NCBI GenBank assembly: GCA_030248215.1
Contig: JASANG010000753.1
Location: 124,001-188,000 of the forward strand
Reading direction: 5' to 3'
Length of the DNA stretch: 64,000 nt
From: Enoplolaimus lenunculus
Taxonomy: Eukaryota
Below are positions 1 to 10,796 of the stretch, piece after piece. The translations under genes and the position numbers were made by a program. The stretch's first letter is position 1; every line of letters begins with the position of its first letter. Under the pieces are notes generated by a model, which searched no databases, had not been told where the DNA came from, and worked only from the letters and a program-made list of their open reading frames with translations.

Positions 1-497
1 ACTACTGAAAGAATTGTGTCTTATGGAACACGCCCACGCATGTTCTTTGTCCCGTTCCCAACTATTGAAAGAATTGTGTCTTATGAAACACGCCCACGCA
101 TTATTTTGGTCCCATGCCCAACTACTGAACGAACTGTGTCTTATGGAACACGCCCACGCATTTTTTTGGTCCCATGCCCAACTAATGAAAGAATAGTGAC
201 ATATGGTAAACGCCCACGCATGAATTTGGTCCCATGCCCAACTACTGAAAGAATTGTGTCTTATGGAACACGCCCACGCATTTTTTTGGTCCCATGCCCA
301 ACTACTGAAAGAATTGTGTCTTATGGAACACGCCCACGCATGTTCTTGGTCCCGTACCCAACTATTGAAAGAATTGTGTCTTATGGAACACGCCCACGCA
401 TTGTTTTGGTTCCATGCCCAACTACTGAAAGAGTTGTGTCTTATGGAACACGCCCACGCATTTTTTTGGTCCCATGCCCAACTACTGAAAGAATTAT
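1..497. repeat. 60-bp tandem minisatellite, 8 full copies plus a partial copy, probably intronic and truncated by the window edge
   Basis: Unit ACTACTGAAAGAATTGTGTCTTATGGAACACGCCCACGCATTTTTTTGGTCCCATGCCCA recurs at 1, 61, 121 ... 421, partial at 481. It is followed by the strong acceptor TTTTTTTATTTTCAG ending at 529. Confidence 0.95.
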
Positions 498-529
498 TAA
501 AAAGCTCAGATTGTTTTTTTTATTTTCAG

Positions 530-3500
530 TAACATTTGGAGTACCTCATATCCACGGTGCTTTTGATACGCTGCCACGAACGGTGGATGATGCTGTTTCT
601 GCTGGATTTAAAATGCTCGATAGTCAATGTACCAGCTCAAGTAAGGTCTTTTGATTTTTGGGACCATATACAGGAACGGATCGCTTTCGTGTGGGACTAT
701 TCATACAAAATAAATTGTCTTGAAATTTTAAGACTCCAATTTATTTAAATTCTCAAGACAATAATGTCTTATATTTGAGACATTAATAGCCTTTAACAGC
801 TCAGAAATTTGTGTCTGAAATGGTTAAAACATAAATGTCTGACGTTGGACGAATCTTAGGTTCTAAAATTAGTTAATTTGGTTGAGCTTAGCTCCCAATT
901 TAAAATGTGGCTTCTCTGGCAAATCTTGTTTCTAAGAGATATATGTCTTAAAAATCAACAAATCAAGTCTTTTATTTCAGACATATAGTTCAGACATAAT
1001 TGTCTTGTATTTCACAAATATTTGTCTTAATCGTTTATGCAACACCTTCTTAAATTTAAGACATTTAAGTGTTAAAATTTCAGACACAGATTTCTGAAAA
1101 ATTTTAGAAACTGATGACTTGCATTCAAGAAATATACGTCAGGAGTCTACATTAAGACATAATGTTTTGAATTTAAGAAAATAATTCTTTAATATAAGAA
1201 AATGTTTTTGTGTTTGCAGTACGTTTAAGCTTTTTAAACTAATTTTATTGCATAGGCTTAGGATTAGGTATAAACTCATTTTTACGCTATGCTTAGGCTT
1301 AGGTATAAGATCAATCTTACGCCTAGGCTTAAGCTTAAACTTAGGCTTAGGAATATGCTTATAGCTACTTGTATGGCCCTGACCTATTGCAATGGCCGAT
1401 TTTAGAAACGAAAGGTTCGTTTAAGATGGTACTAAATTTTCAAGTGGTAATTCTTAAGCAAACAACCTAAAATCACGAATTAACAGAACAGGGGTGGACC
1501 AGAACAGCGTTTCATTTCTTAAATTTCCAAACTTGTCACCGTTTGCATTTTAGTAATTTCTGCGGGGAACATATTGCCATAGTTTTATAAGTATACGCTT
1601 TTAACGCTTCTAAACACATTTGAAAATAGTGTGAACTTGGTTTTTGAGTTCGTCAATTTTTCAAATCTACTTAAGTAAATGAGTTAGGTTTTAGGCTAAT
1701 AGTCGCAGTTTAGCTCACTGTAATGACCTGAATATGAGGGGGGACTGATATTTATTTGGCCTCTCCAGAGGGTACCCTCCCTTGTTATTTGGTTACGGAC
1801 TGTTATTTATTTTTAATTTACGCTCCGCCACCCTTCGTTACTGATATATATCCGGTACTGCAATCATCTGTTGAATTAAACGTTTATTTGTCTTGTGCCA
1901 ATAGCTTGAGCGATAATACAAGGTTATATTTAGGAATGTACTTTCAAAACTTAAGTACGCTTTTAAGTTTCGAACTCAAATTATTTGGTCCTGGAGTCAT
2001 TTATGCGCTACAATTTTGGGTTAATTGACATTTATGGACTCTAATTAGGGTTTAGGGACTGTAACTGCTTACAGACTCTCATTAGGGATACCGACTCCTA
2101 TTGATTCGGACTCAAAATAGGGACCCTCTCCCTCTTATTCGGGTCAACACAGTACTGCTATTAACAAAGTTTTTGGAACGCAATAAAATACTGCGCAGGT
2201 ATGCTTAATTAAGGGTTCCATGGCACTTTGTGTTACAGGCCAAACATATCGTGGCATCCGATACTGGCTTAACGATGATCCAGCAGTAATTTTGTTATTT
2301 GACAAAAATGGATACATCGCTGGTATACAAACTTCGGTTAGTTTCAAATTTTAATTAAGACATCCTGAAGGCCGTCTATATTTAGCTGCATTCATCCATG
2401 CAACGAACAGGTCACTAGCAAAACTGTACGCCTGTTCCGATATTGGTAGCCGTTTTTACGCTAAAGCTTAGATTAAAATGCTAAAGCTTAGAGTTAGGCT
2501 TGGGTTTTAAAAATGTTTAATTTGTTTGAGGCATGCTGCGATATATATGGACTATTAAGTGCTCGAATGTCGTGCTTGAATAAAAATTTAGTCGTAAAGT
2601 GGTTATTAGACAATGTTTAGAGCCGTATAACGGTAGTATAAGCATATTTCTAAGTCTTAGTCAAAGCCTAAACCTAAGCATAAGCCGAAGCAAAAAAATT
2701 AGTCTAAAGCTTAAACTTGCTATATTGCAGTTTCGCGGAAAAACTGTCCATTCATGATCTTTACATGGGCTTAAATAATAAAAAAATTGTAAAACATTTT
2801 AGGTGACGAAATCAAAATATACTCCAAATCGTGTGGCAATGAACAAGACAATGGATTCTGATGGCGACCGATGGTCACTAACAGCTTATTTCGTGGATCC
2901 ACGTAAGGACATCGAAACTTTTGTATGGATTTAAATTTTGTGTTGGAATTTTAACCCTTTCTCACATGAATATTTTCTATTACCCCTGAGACCTACTTTT
3001 ATGCTATAGGATTCGAACTCCAGTGACTGGAATGGGAGGCGTATACCATCACCACTCAGCGATAGGAGCTTGATGCTCGAGCCCGAGGGGGCTCTCACGT
3101 CTTGTGGTGATTTAGTACTATGTATACGTGTTGCAATTGTTAAACACGGTGCGGTATATATTATTTAACGTATATACACTGCGCTGAGTTACCTATAGGC
3201 AACTCAATGTGAGAAGGGGTTAATAAATGTCAAAAATGAAATGTTATTTTAAACGCTTTCCGTGTTTCAATACCTTTTAAAACGATCAATAGATTGCGAA
3301 GAAACTTCGAAATGAACCACCCGTAGTGGCAAAATGCAATTTGTTAAATGATTTTAGCTAATAACGCTATAGCATTAGTATATATAAACGCTTCTATTCG
3401 CCGCACGCGCACCCTTGTAAGCTTTTGGGACCCCTTAGGGTTGCGCTATACTTGACGTACGGTGCCGTCCGTCACCATACAGTATGGTACGTTAGTAAAT

Positions 3501-5708
3501 CGCGTACAATACCGCACCATGACGCACTGTGACGGGGCCAGCACCGTATGGATGACGGACGGCACCGGATGTCATAAAGATTACAGCGCTACCCTTATAC
3601 ACGACGAGCTGACTCCGTGCGGGACAGGAAAATGTATACCACCTTCAGTTAAACATCAGACTGGTGGAACTATAGAGGGTACCACAGCGGCATGGCCCCC
3701 CCAAGAAACATCAAAACAAATTTTTTGGCAAAAATTTAGCATAAAAATATCCTTTGGCTACTTGTCTGTTCGCTAGTGTTTGCATTATGTGATAGGTATT
3801 ATTTGTACGACCGGACGTAGCGCAGACGATTTCAAAGATCAAGGAACCGGAACTGATTTGTATCTTCAAAACGGAACTCGACCGGAACAAGACTGTGTTC
3901 GCATTCCGACTGACGAAGCGCAAATTAAACAAACGAAATGGGGCAGCGGAAAATGTATGATGGGAATGGGTAAGATTTTGTGATTTTTGTCAAATTCTCG
4001 CTTCTTTCAAAATGGGACGTTTGAAAATTAGGACACGTTTCTCTCGTATCATCCCCTCTTACCAGCTGTTATAGAATGTATAGCATGAGATATACAGCTT
4101 CACTGGCCCGTAGCGAAACCCAACCTGCTAGTCGGCGCAACAATTTTAACAACGACATGCGGTTGAAATACAAAATTTTCAAGCGGGGTTAAAACTTTTT
4201 CTAGGGGACCCAAAAATTTTCTGTAAGGACATGACACCCTCTTCCTGGCACCACTCTGGGTACGGCCTCACGCAGCTGCCCTATTGCGGTTGCTTGAAAA
4301 CCCAGTGTTATCGCTGGTGACACGAGCTACACAGATTTGAGGGCTCATGTTACATCAGGGGCTGACCGCTTTTGCGTGCGACTGCAATAGAGTACGCTTA
4401 AGCTTTAGACTAATTTTTACTCACACTTAGGTATAGGCTTATCCGCACGCGTAAGCTTACGCTTAGGTGTAGGCTTATCCGCACGCGTAAGCTTTAGGCT
4501 TAGGTATAGGTTTATCCGTACGCTTAAGTTAAGCGTATAAAGCTTTGGCTTAGGAATATGCTTTTACTACTGTTACGGCCGTGTTCTTTACACTGGATCA
4601 TTTAGGAATATGGTTTTTAGGACAACATTACTGGTTCAACGTTCGGAAAGACATGAACTGTGACGATATGTTCCCGTACTGTGTTCTGTATACTCGTGGT
4701 AAATTGAATGCGTTTTGTTTTTCGATCGACAAATACATCGAACCGACACAACGCTACGAACATCCGGATGCATCCGCTGCTGAGGTGAAAAAAATGACGA
4801 ATTTTAAATTTTAATTATTTTAAATACTCAAATACTGCTTGTGACATCCGGAAATGGGTTTGTAAAGTTTGCTAAACGATGCTTAGAATCCGTGTAAGCT
4901 TTTCAGTGTAAAAAACACATTGGCGTTCGCTTATATGACAGAGTATTAAATGCTTACGATCTAATGTTTTTGTTTGTAAGTCGTTGTAATGCAAACCAAA
5001 TGTTTACAGTAGTAAAAGCATATTCCTAAGCGTAAAGCCTAAATGAGCTTCTAATGCGAAGCAAAATTTGCATAACTGCGAATGACTGCAGCTGTTGGTT
5101 TTATTAGATGAATATGAATACGCTTGAACAGCTTATCTGATAAGTTTAGTTTCGCCAACCTGTTTGAAATACCGAAAAATTTAAGTTCAATCATTTAAGA
5201 TTTTAGTTTTAATGCTTTTGAAAGTGTTTCACAGAAAGGGGATCCTTTTAAAACCATAGCGCAGCTTCAACAGCAAATTAGCTACTATTGTTCAGTTTTT
5301 GGCTCATGTAAAGATCAGGGGTTGAACGTTTTTCTGCAGGATTGCAATAGAGTATGCTTAAGCTTTAGACGAATGTTTTTTGCTTAGGCTCCGGCAGCGG
5401 CTATAGGTACATGGGCTTATCCTTATACTTAAGGTTAGAATGTTTTTGCTTGGGCTCAGGCATAGGCTATAGGTACATGGGCTTATCCTTATACTTACGC
5501 TTAAGCTTTCGGCTTAGGAATATGCTTATACTACTATTCACGGCCTTGTTTTTGACATTGGCGGAAATATTGATTTCAGGCGTGCTGCCTTGATATTCCG
5601 GACTGCTTCAGAACTGATCCGCGTTATGTGAACAATAAGAAATTGTCAACAATGCACGTCTACATGACAGAGTATCCGTATTTGACTAATAATTGTATTG
5701 GAAAATAA
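530..5708 (+). CDS. Uncharacterised Cys-rich invertebrate protein, 5'-partial, last six exons
   Basis: GT-AG exons with consistent phase: 530-640, 2239-2336, 2803-2902, 3796-3969, 4621-4784, 5580-5708 (TAA). Spliced peptide: VTFGVPHIHGAFDTLPRT..RYWLNDDPAVILLFDKNGYIAGIQTS..LTAYFVDPRIICTTGRSADDFKDQGTGTDLYLQNGT..KWGSGKCMMGMGQHYWFNVRKDMNCDDMFPYCVLYTRGKLNAF..RYEHP..LSTMHVYMT. AATAAA near 5797. From memory, these motifs match an unnamed invertebrate family. Confidence 0.85.
1718..2152. mobile_element. Non-autonomous TIR element (MITE), possibly Tc1/mariner-type; second copy at 45281-45982
   Basis: Left end CTGTAATGACCTGAATATGAGGG is an imperfect inverted repeat of right end CCCTCTTATTCGGGTCAACACAG, followed by TA. 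The body matches 45281-45982 in reverse, and a fragment lies near 5925-5960. Confidence 0.7.
2955..3219. mobile_element. piggyBac-type MITE (265 bp) containing a tRNA-like segment
   Basis: TTAA at 2951-2954 and 3220-3223. TIRs CCCTTTCTCACAT and ATGTGAGAAGGGG match 12/13. Minus-strand A-box-like GCTGAGTGGT and B-box GAGTTCGAATCC lie at about 3009-3060. Confidence 0.7.
3436..3597. mobile_element. Short fold-back MITE
   Basis: Ends TAGGGTTGCGCT and AGCGCTACCCTTA, with inner inverted arms GGTGCCGTCCGTCACCATAC / GTATGGATGACGGACGGCACC. The terminus GGGTTGCGCTATACTT recurs near 53050 and, with one mismatch, near 29785. Confidence 0.6.
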
Positions 5709-6314
5709 TTGTTGTTAAATCAAACGAAACACAGGACGCAGAGATGGGTGAATGATTGGGGGGATTGGATTGGTAAATATTTGGCCAAAAATTCTGAATA
5801 AATATTAAAGCATGACGCCGTTTAGCAGGTTTCAGAATAACGCTCTGAATTCTAGTATTAATCTAAACGATTTTGTCTGGTAAAGGCGTTGGGTCCAAAT
5901 AAGACATGGGTCAATCAAAATAAATAACAGTCCGTAACCGAATATACAGGGGTACCATTCGGACTGGCAAAATATTATCATCAGTCCTCATTTTGCTTAG
6001 TAATCGGGACGCTGGGTTATTTTGTGTAGTAAGTAAACTGTTGTTTTAGTAGCCTTTACGTCAGACGGTAAAGCTGTTAGCTCTCCGGCAAAAGCGGACC
6101 ACTCTCAATGGTCGTGAACAAGAAACATGAGCCATGTAAATTATAAGGGCATATCCACTAAGATTAAGCCTAAGTCTTAGAATCTAACCTTAGCGTCACC
6201 CTAAACATAAGCTTATATTGTGTGCATAAAAGTGAGGGTAAGCATATTAAGCATCCCAGTCTCTTGTAGCCGGTCCACCTGTCTCATGTCGGCAGGATTT
6301 TTGTATATATAACT

Positions 6315-6592
6315 AAAGCACTATTCACACGTGCAAGTTTTTGCTGCGAGAACTTGCAGATGCAAATTGCACGTAGAACTTGTGTTTTTTCATCAGCCAA
6401 TGAGAAAGCGGCTGCAATCAACTCAGTGAACTTACGTGGTTATTCACACATGTGAACTAAATTCTTAACAGTGTTTTTAGTGAATTTTATTTGCAGCTGC
6501 AAGTTTTTCGAACGGGATTTTGGACCAAACTTGCAAGTGCAAGTTGCAGCTGCAAGTTTTCGCAGCAAAAACTTGCACGTGAATAGGACTTT
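6315..6592. mobile_element. MITE with long TIRs
   Basis: CTATTCACACGTGCAAGTTTTTGCTGCGAGAACTTGCAG at the left is mirrored by CTGCAAGTTTTCGCAGCAAAAACTTGCACGTGAATAG at the right. A partial copy lies at about 58008-58055. Confidence 0.7.
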
Positions 6593-6762
6593 TACACGGA
6601 CCATTATATTAAAATATGTCGTAGGCAGAGAGGCGGGAACGATAGCAGAAATGAAAGGGAAAAACGAATTGAGTAAAAACGTTTCATAAAAACAAGTTAA
6701 GTACCGGATCCAAGATTTTCAGCGTGGGATTAAACACTAGTTTGGTGCGCCCCTAAAATCTT

Positions 6763-6931
6763 ACAAAGATTCGTCTGAATTTTGCTCAAACACTCGTGTG
6801 ACTTTTCTCACTCAAAGACTCGTCTGAATTTTCCCACGAGCACAAAGACTCGTCTGAGTTTTCCCACGAGCACAAAGACTCGTCTAAAGTTTTCCCACGA
6901 GCAGAAAGACTCGTATGAATTTCCTCACCAA
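6763..6931. repeat. 30-bp tandem repeat, about 5 imperfect copies
   Basis: Unit CACAAAGACTCGTCTGAATTTTCCCACGAG. Confidence 0.85.
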
Positions 6932-8547
6932 CTTAAAAATTTCCAGTTTAAAACAGGATCGTTTTGTTTGTTGCGTGCAAACGCAAATTAGTGCAGTATC
7001 GAATCGCAGATATCGTGTCGATCCGGTTGAGCTTTTCGTCACAAGTGCACCAGATGAAAAAACCTCGCAAGCGAGCAACTGTAGTCTTTTTGAAACGTGG
7101 CCGTAGGTATCATTTAAAATATAGGCATATTGCGAAAAAACGTTGTGAGCGAAGCGAGCTGGAAGCCAGACACATTTTTTACTTTTTAGGGTAATAGTTT
7201 TCATTAAATATCGAAGAAAGCATGTTTTATCGTTTTTAATTTAGTATCACATCTAGACTCTAAATACTGGAAAGTCCAACCTGTCAGTTATCACTTACCA
7301 ATGCTTTAGTGCTTAACTACAATTATTTATACGGTATTCTATGTACTTTTAGTGTACCGTTATATACGACCACCTTCTGAACTGCTAACGCTCACAATGC
7401 AAAAAATCGTGAGTCAAATTGACTCTCTTCGAAATAAGCTCTACAATACTTTACACAAACTGAGTCAAGTTTGACTGCACCCGAGTCAAATTCGCCTCAT
7501 TGAGTTGCACGTTTGACAATGGTGGAGTCGAATTTTGACTCAGTTTGTGTAGTCCGAAAAAGCCTGTTTCAGACAGCGTCAATTTGGCTCACCATTTTTT
7601 GCAGTGCAGTATATAACAGGCGTTAAGTTACGAACACTGTGGATGGACATAGCAAAATACGCGGCGTAGCAATTCACTCTACTAGGTATATAAGACCAGA
7701 ATGATTATCTAGAAGTCGGCCAATGTAACGAACAAGGGCAAAACAGCATTATAAGCATATTCCTAAGCCTAAGCATAAACCTAAGCATAAGAATGAGCAT
7801 ATTCCTAAGCCAAGCAAGAAGCTTACTCTATTCTAGTCCCACAGAAAAACTCTCCACCCTGATCTTTACACGGGCTAAAATTACAAACAAAGTTTTCAAC
7901 GATATGTTGAATGACAAACTTCCATCATTCGTTTAAACGGCTCCGGTTCAGAGTTTACGCTTTGCTGCCAAATTTCATCTCCGAGCTCATCTGAACAGGA
8001 TTTAAAGCATTTTTCAACTCGGTGAAATCCGTTACAGTAATATTCGGTGTTTCCGTTCGAAAATAACACTTTTTGATTGGTTGCTCGAAACGAAAGCTTG
8101 CAATCGTGAAGGCATGTAAGAACTTCATCTGAAATCTTACATACATATATATAAATATATATACATATATATAAATATATATATGTGTGTATTTAATATA
8201 CTTGGCAAGTTACAAGATGTTTAAAAGAATGATTATCTAGAAATCGGCCAATGTAAAGAACAGGGGCGGAACAGTATTATAAGCATATTCCTAAGCCTAA
8301 GCCTAAGCTTAAGTCAAGCAAAAAAATTAGCCTAAAGCTTAAGCTTACTCTATTCTAGTCCCACAGAAAAACGTCCGCCCTTGATCTTTATATATGGCCA
8401 AAATTTAAAAATTAAAGTGCAATCGTAATTTCCGGTTGAATCGCTGAAGTTAGCTACACAAGTTTACAATCATCAGTGTGCACCCGGAATTAATACAGAA
8501 TACCTGTACCGGAACATGTAAAAATACCCTATACACAGTGCTTCATA

Positions 8548-8692
8548 CACTGCGAAAAATGGTGAGTCAAATGAACTCTTTCCGAAATAGGCTTTTCAGG
8601 ACTACGCAAACTGAGTCAAATTCGACTCCACCAGTCAACTCTGACTCACTGTTCGGAATAAGTCAATTTGCCACTCACCATTGTTTGCAGTG
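8548..8692. mobile_element. CACTG-terminated MITE (CMC/EnSpm-like); other copies at 7393-7606 and 44446-44555
   Basis: TA-CACTGCGAAAAATGGTGAGTCAAAT ... ACTCACCATTGTTTGCAGTG-TA. Internal GAGTCAAATTTGACTC-like palindromes recur in all three copies. Confidence 0.7.
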
Positions 8693-8846
8693 TAAAGGGT
8701 TTAATAATTTAAGTCATCATATGCTTTCTTCGCGTTTGAAGCAAAAAAACAACTTACTTGACAGTACACATAGCGTCAAATTGATAAAAAGACACCAGAA
8801 AGTAACCCAACGTATATCTGACATAGTTTATTTCCTAAAGAAAAAA

Positions 8847-9048
8847 GGCCCATGTAAAGATCAGGGGCGGAACGGTTCTCTGTGGGATGTCAATCGAGTA
8901 AGCTAAAGCTTTAAACTAATTTTTTTGCTTGGCTTAGGCTTAGGTTTAGGCTTAGGCTTAGGAATATGCTCATTCTTACGCTTAGGCCTAGGCTTAGGCT
9001 TAGGAATATGCTTATAATACTGTTCCGCTCTTGTTCTTTACACTGGCC
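8847..9048. mobile_element. High-copy MITE carrying telomere-like (TTAGGC)n; GGCC termini suggest PIF/Harbinger; representative copy
   Basis: About 27-bp TIRs GGCCCATGTAAAGATCAGGGGCGGAAC / GTTCCGCTCTTGTTCTTTACACTGGCC enclose AAGCTTTAAACTAATTTTTTGC, (TTAGGC)n and GAATATGCTTATA. Related copies at about 1215-1398, 2620-2770, 4341-4600, 5301-5550, 6130-6280, 7718-7875, 8246-8399, 10036-10189, 18736-18900, 47545-47680, 48197-48339, 59436-59578, 62527-62710. Confidence 0.85.
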
Positions 9049-10382
9049 AGAAAAACATGCGCATTGTCCATTCTAACCACGTAAATGTTGAAATCCACGT
9101 GATGATCGTACGGTAAAGTCGGAATATTCTATTATAATGCCAGGTTTGAAAAAAGAACAAATACTGATGTAAACTTGGGTTTTTGGTTTAAACAAATTGT
9201 AAATATCTATACATTGGGTCCAAAGCAAGAACATATAGTAACAAACAAAATTTATAAGCTTAATTTCTTGTTTACCTTCAAATAAACAACAACTGTAGGT
9301 TAAGCAATTGTTTATGGAACTCGAAGTTTTGGAAAAAATTTGGACAGATAAAAAACAACGCTTAAAATGCTATCAATACCGTTTACAAACCCAGGCAAGC
9401 TTTGAGTAGTAAACAAAACAGCAAAATGGTGTTTTAAAGCGTAAAGCCTATATTCTTTAATATCTTATACGGCATATGGTGCAAAAATATACCAAACTCG
9501 AAATTTGTTTGGTTCAAAAAGCCGCTATGAGCGACTACAAAACATGATTCTACACAATTATAAACCAGGGTGTTAAAAATAAACAGTAAAAATAACGGAA
9601 ACCGACAGTGATCAAAATATATATTAACGGAAACAGATATTGAAGCATAAAACGTCTGAAACGTCATGTTTTACTTTTCTGTCATTTTGCAATTGAAACG
9701 TGCTAAATATTAACAGAATTTTTCCTAAGCGGTTAAAGAAAACTACATAACATTCGCACACCATTGAAGCTATACCTATGTTAAGTGATTTATGCGATAG
9801 AACTAATTTGAGCATAAAAATAATGGAAATTCCGGCATATACAACGGATGCGCACATCGATTGTTAACGGAAAGCTACATACCCTAAATACCCAATTTTC
9901 CCTGATTCGCTATTCCTGTTTTTACAAGAGTACCAAAAGCTTTTAAGCCTAACCCGTGGAGTAGACAATTTTCAAACTAAGCGTAACCAAAAAATTAGTT
10001 CGAAACAGATGCTGGCTGCACGGAGGTACTCTTAAGGCCCATGTATAGACCAGGGACGGCAGAGTAGTATAAGCATATTCCTAAGCCTAAGCGTATGGAT
10101 GAGCCGATTCCTAAGCCTAAGCAAAAAAATAGTCTAAAGCTTAAACTGACCCTCCGGAAAACGATGCGGCCCTGTTCTATACATGGGCCCTACAGATCAC
10201 CGATACCAACATTTCGGAAAATTGTGGCGTTCAAGGGCCCTACAGATCACCGATACCAACATTTCGGAAAATTGTGGCGTTCAAGCGCCAGCTTATGCCC
10301 ATCCACATCTGCCCGTTTAACGTACCACCACCAACACACAAATTAAAAATGGTATCTAGCGCGACTCGATCTTCCATATCTC

Positions 10383-10796
10383 ATGCGGGATTCGTTATAA
10401 CCGGGGCAGGCGGGACACGGTTTGTCCCATGTTGATTCGACAACGTTAAAATTCGAGCACTCCGTGACACGGTTTGTCCCATGTTGATTCGACAACGTTA
10501 AAATTCGAGCACTCATATCGAGTGAACAGACAAAACTCGAACGTCATATATGACTACTTACAAACCGCCGCTCTGATCAATGTGTACTAGTCGGTATGTC
10601 ACGTGATACTGAGGGACATTTATGCCAATATCGTATGATATTCCAAAATTACAGCGAATATCGCATGATATTCAATGGGGTAGTGTAATTTTCGAGTGCT
10701 AAGTAATGGAGTCGGACGGTAGAGGCACATCTGTGCTTAAAATACCAAATACACGTCTGCAAATTCATTGCCCCGGTTATAACGTGAACCCCGCAT
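10383..10796. mobile_element. TIR MITE; second copy at about 43014-43658
   Basis: Ends ATGCGGG(G)TTC(AC)GTTATAACCGGGGCA and TGCCCCGGTTATAACGTGAACCCCGCAT. The internal GGGACACGGTTTGTCCCATGTT..CAACGTTAAA.TTCGAGCACTC is shared with the 43 kb copy in reverse. Confidence 0.75.

Noticed and set aside
1..497. Regular repeat array as CRISPR, and ORFs 14-196, 16-654 and 254-532 as genes
   Set aside because: Units are head-to-tail with no unique spacers, and the DNA is eukaryotic. The ORFs arise from the 60-bp period; only 530-640 is a supported exon.
2984..2994. CCCTGAGACCT matching lin-4 nucleotides 2-12, as a miRNA gene
   Set aside because: The 3' half does not match, there is no compact precursor hairpin, and it lies inside a MITE.
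1215..10189. TTAGGC tracts as a chromosome end or fusion scar
   Set aside because: Tracts are short, degenerate, in both orientations and embedded in the same TIR element.
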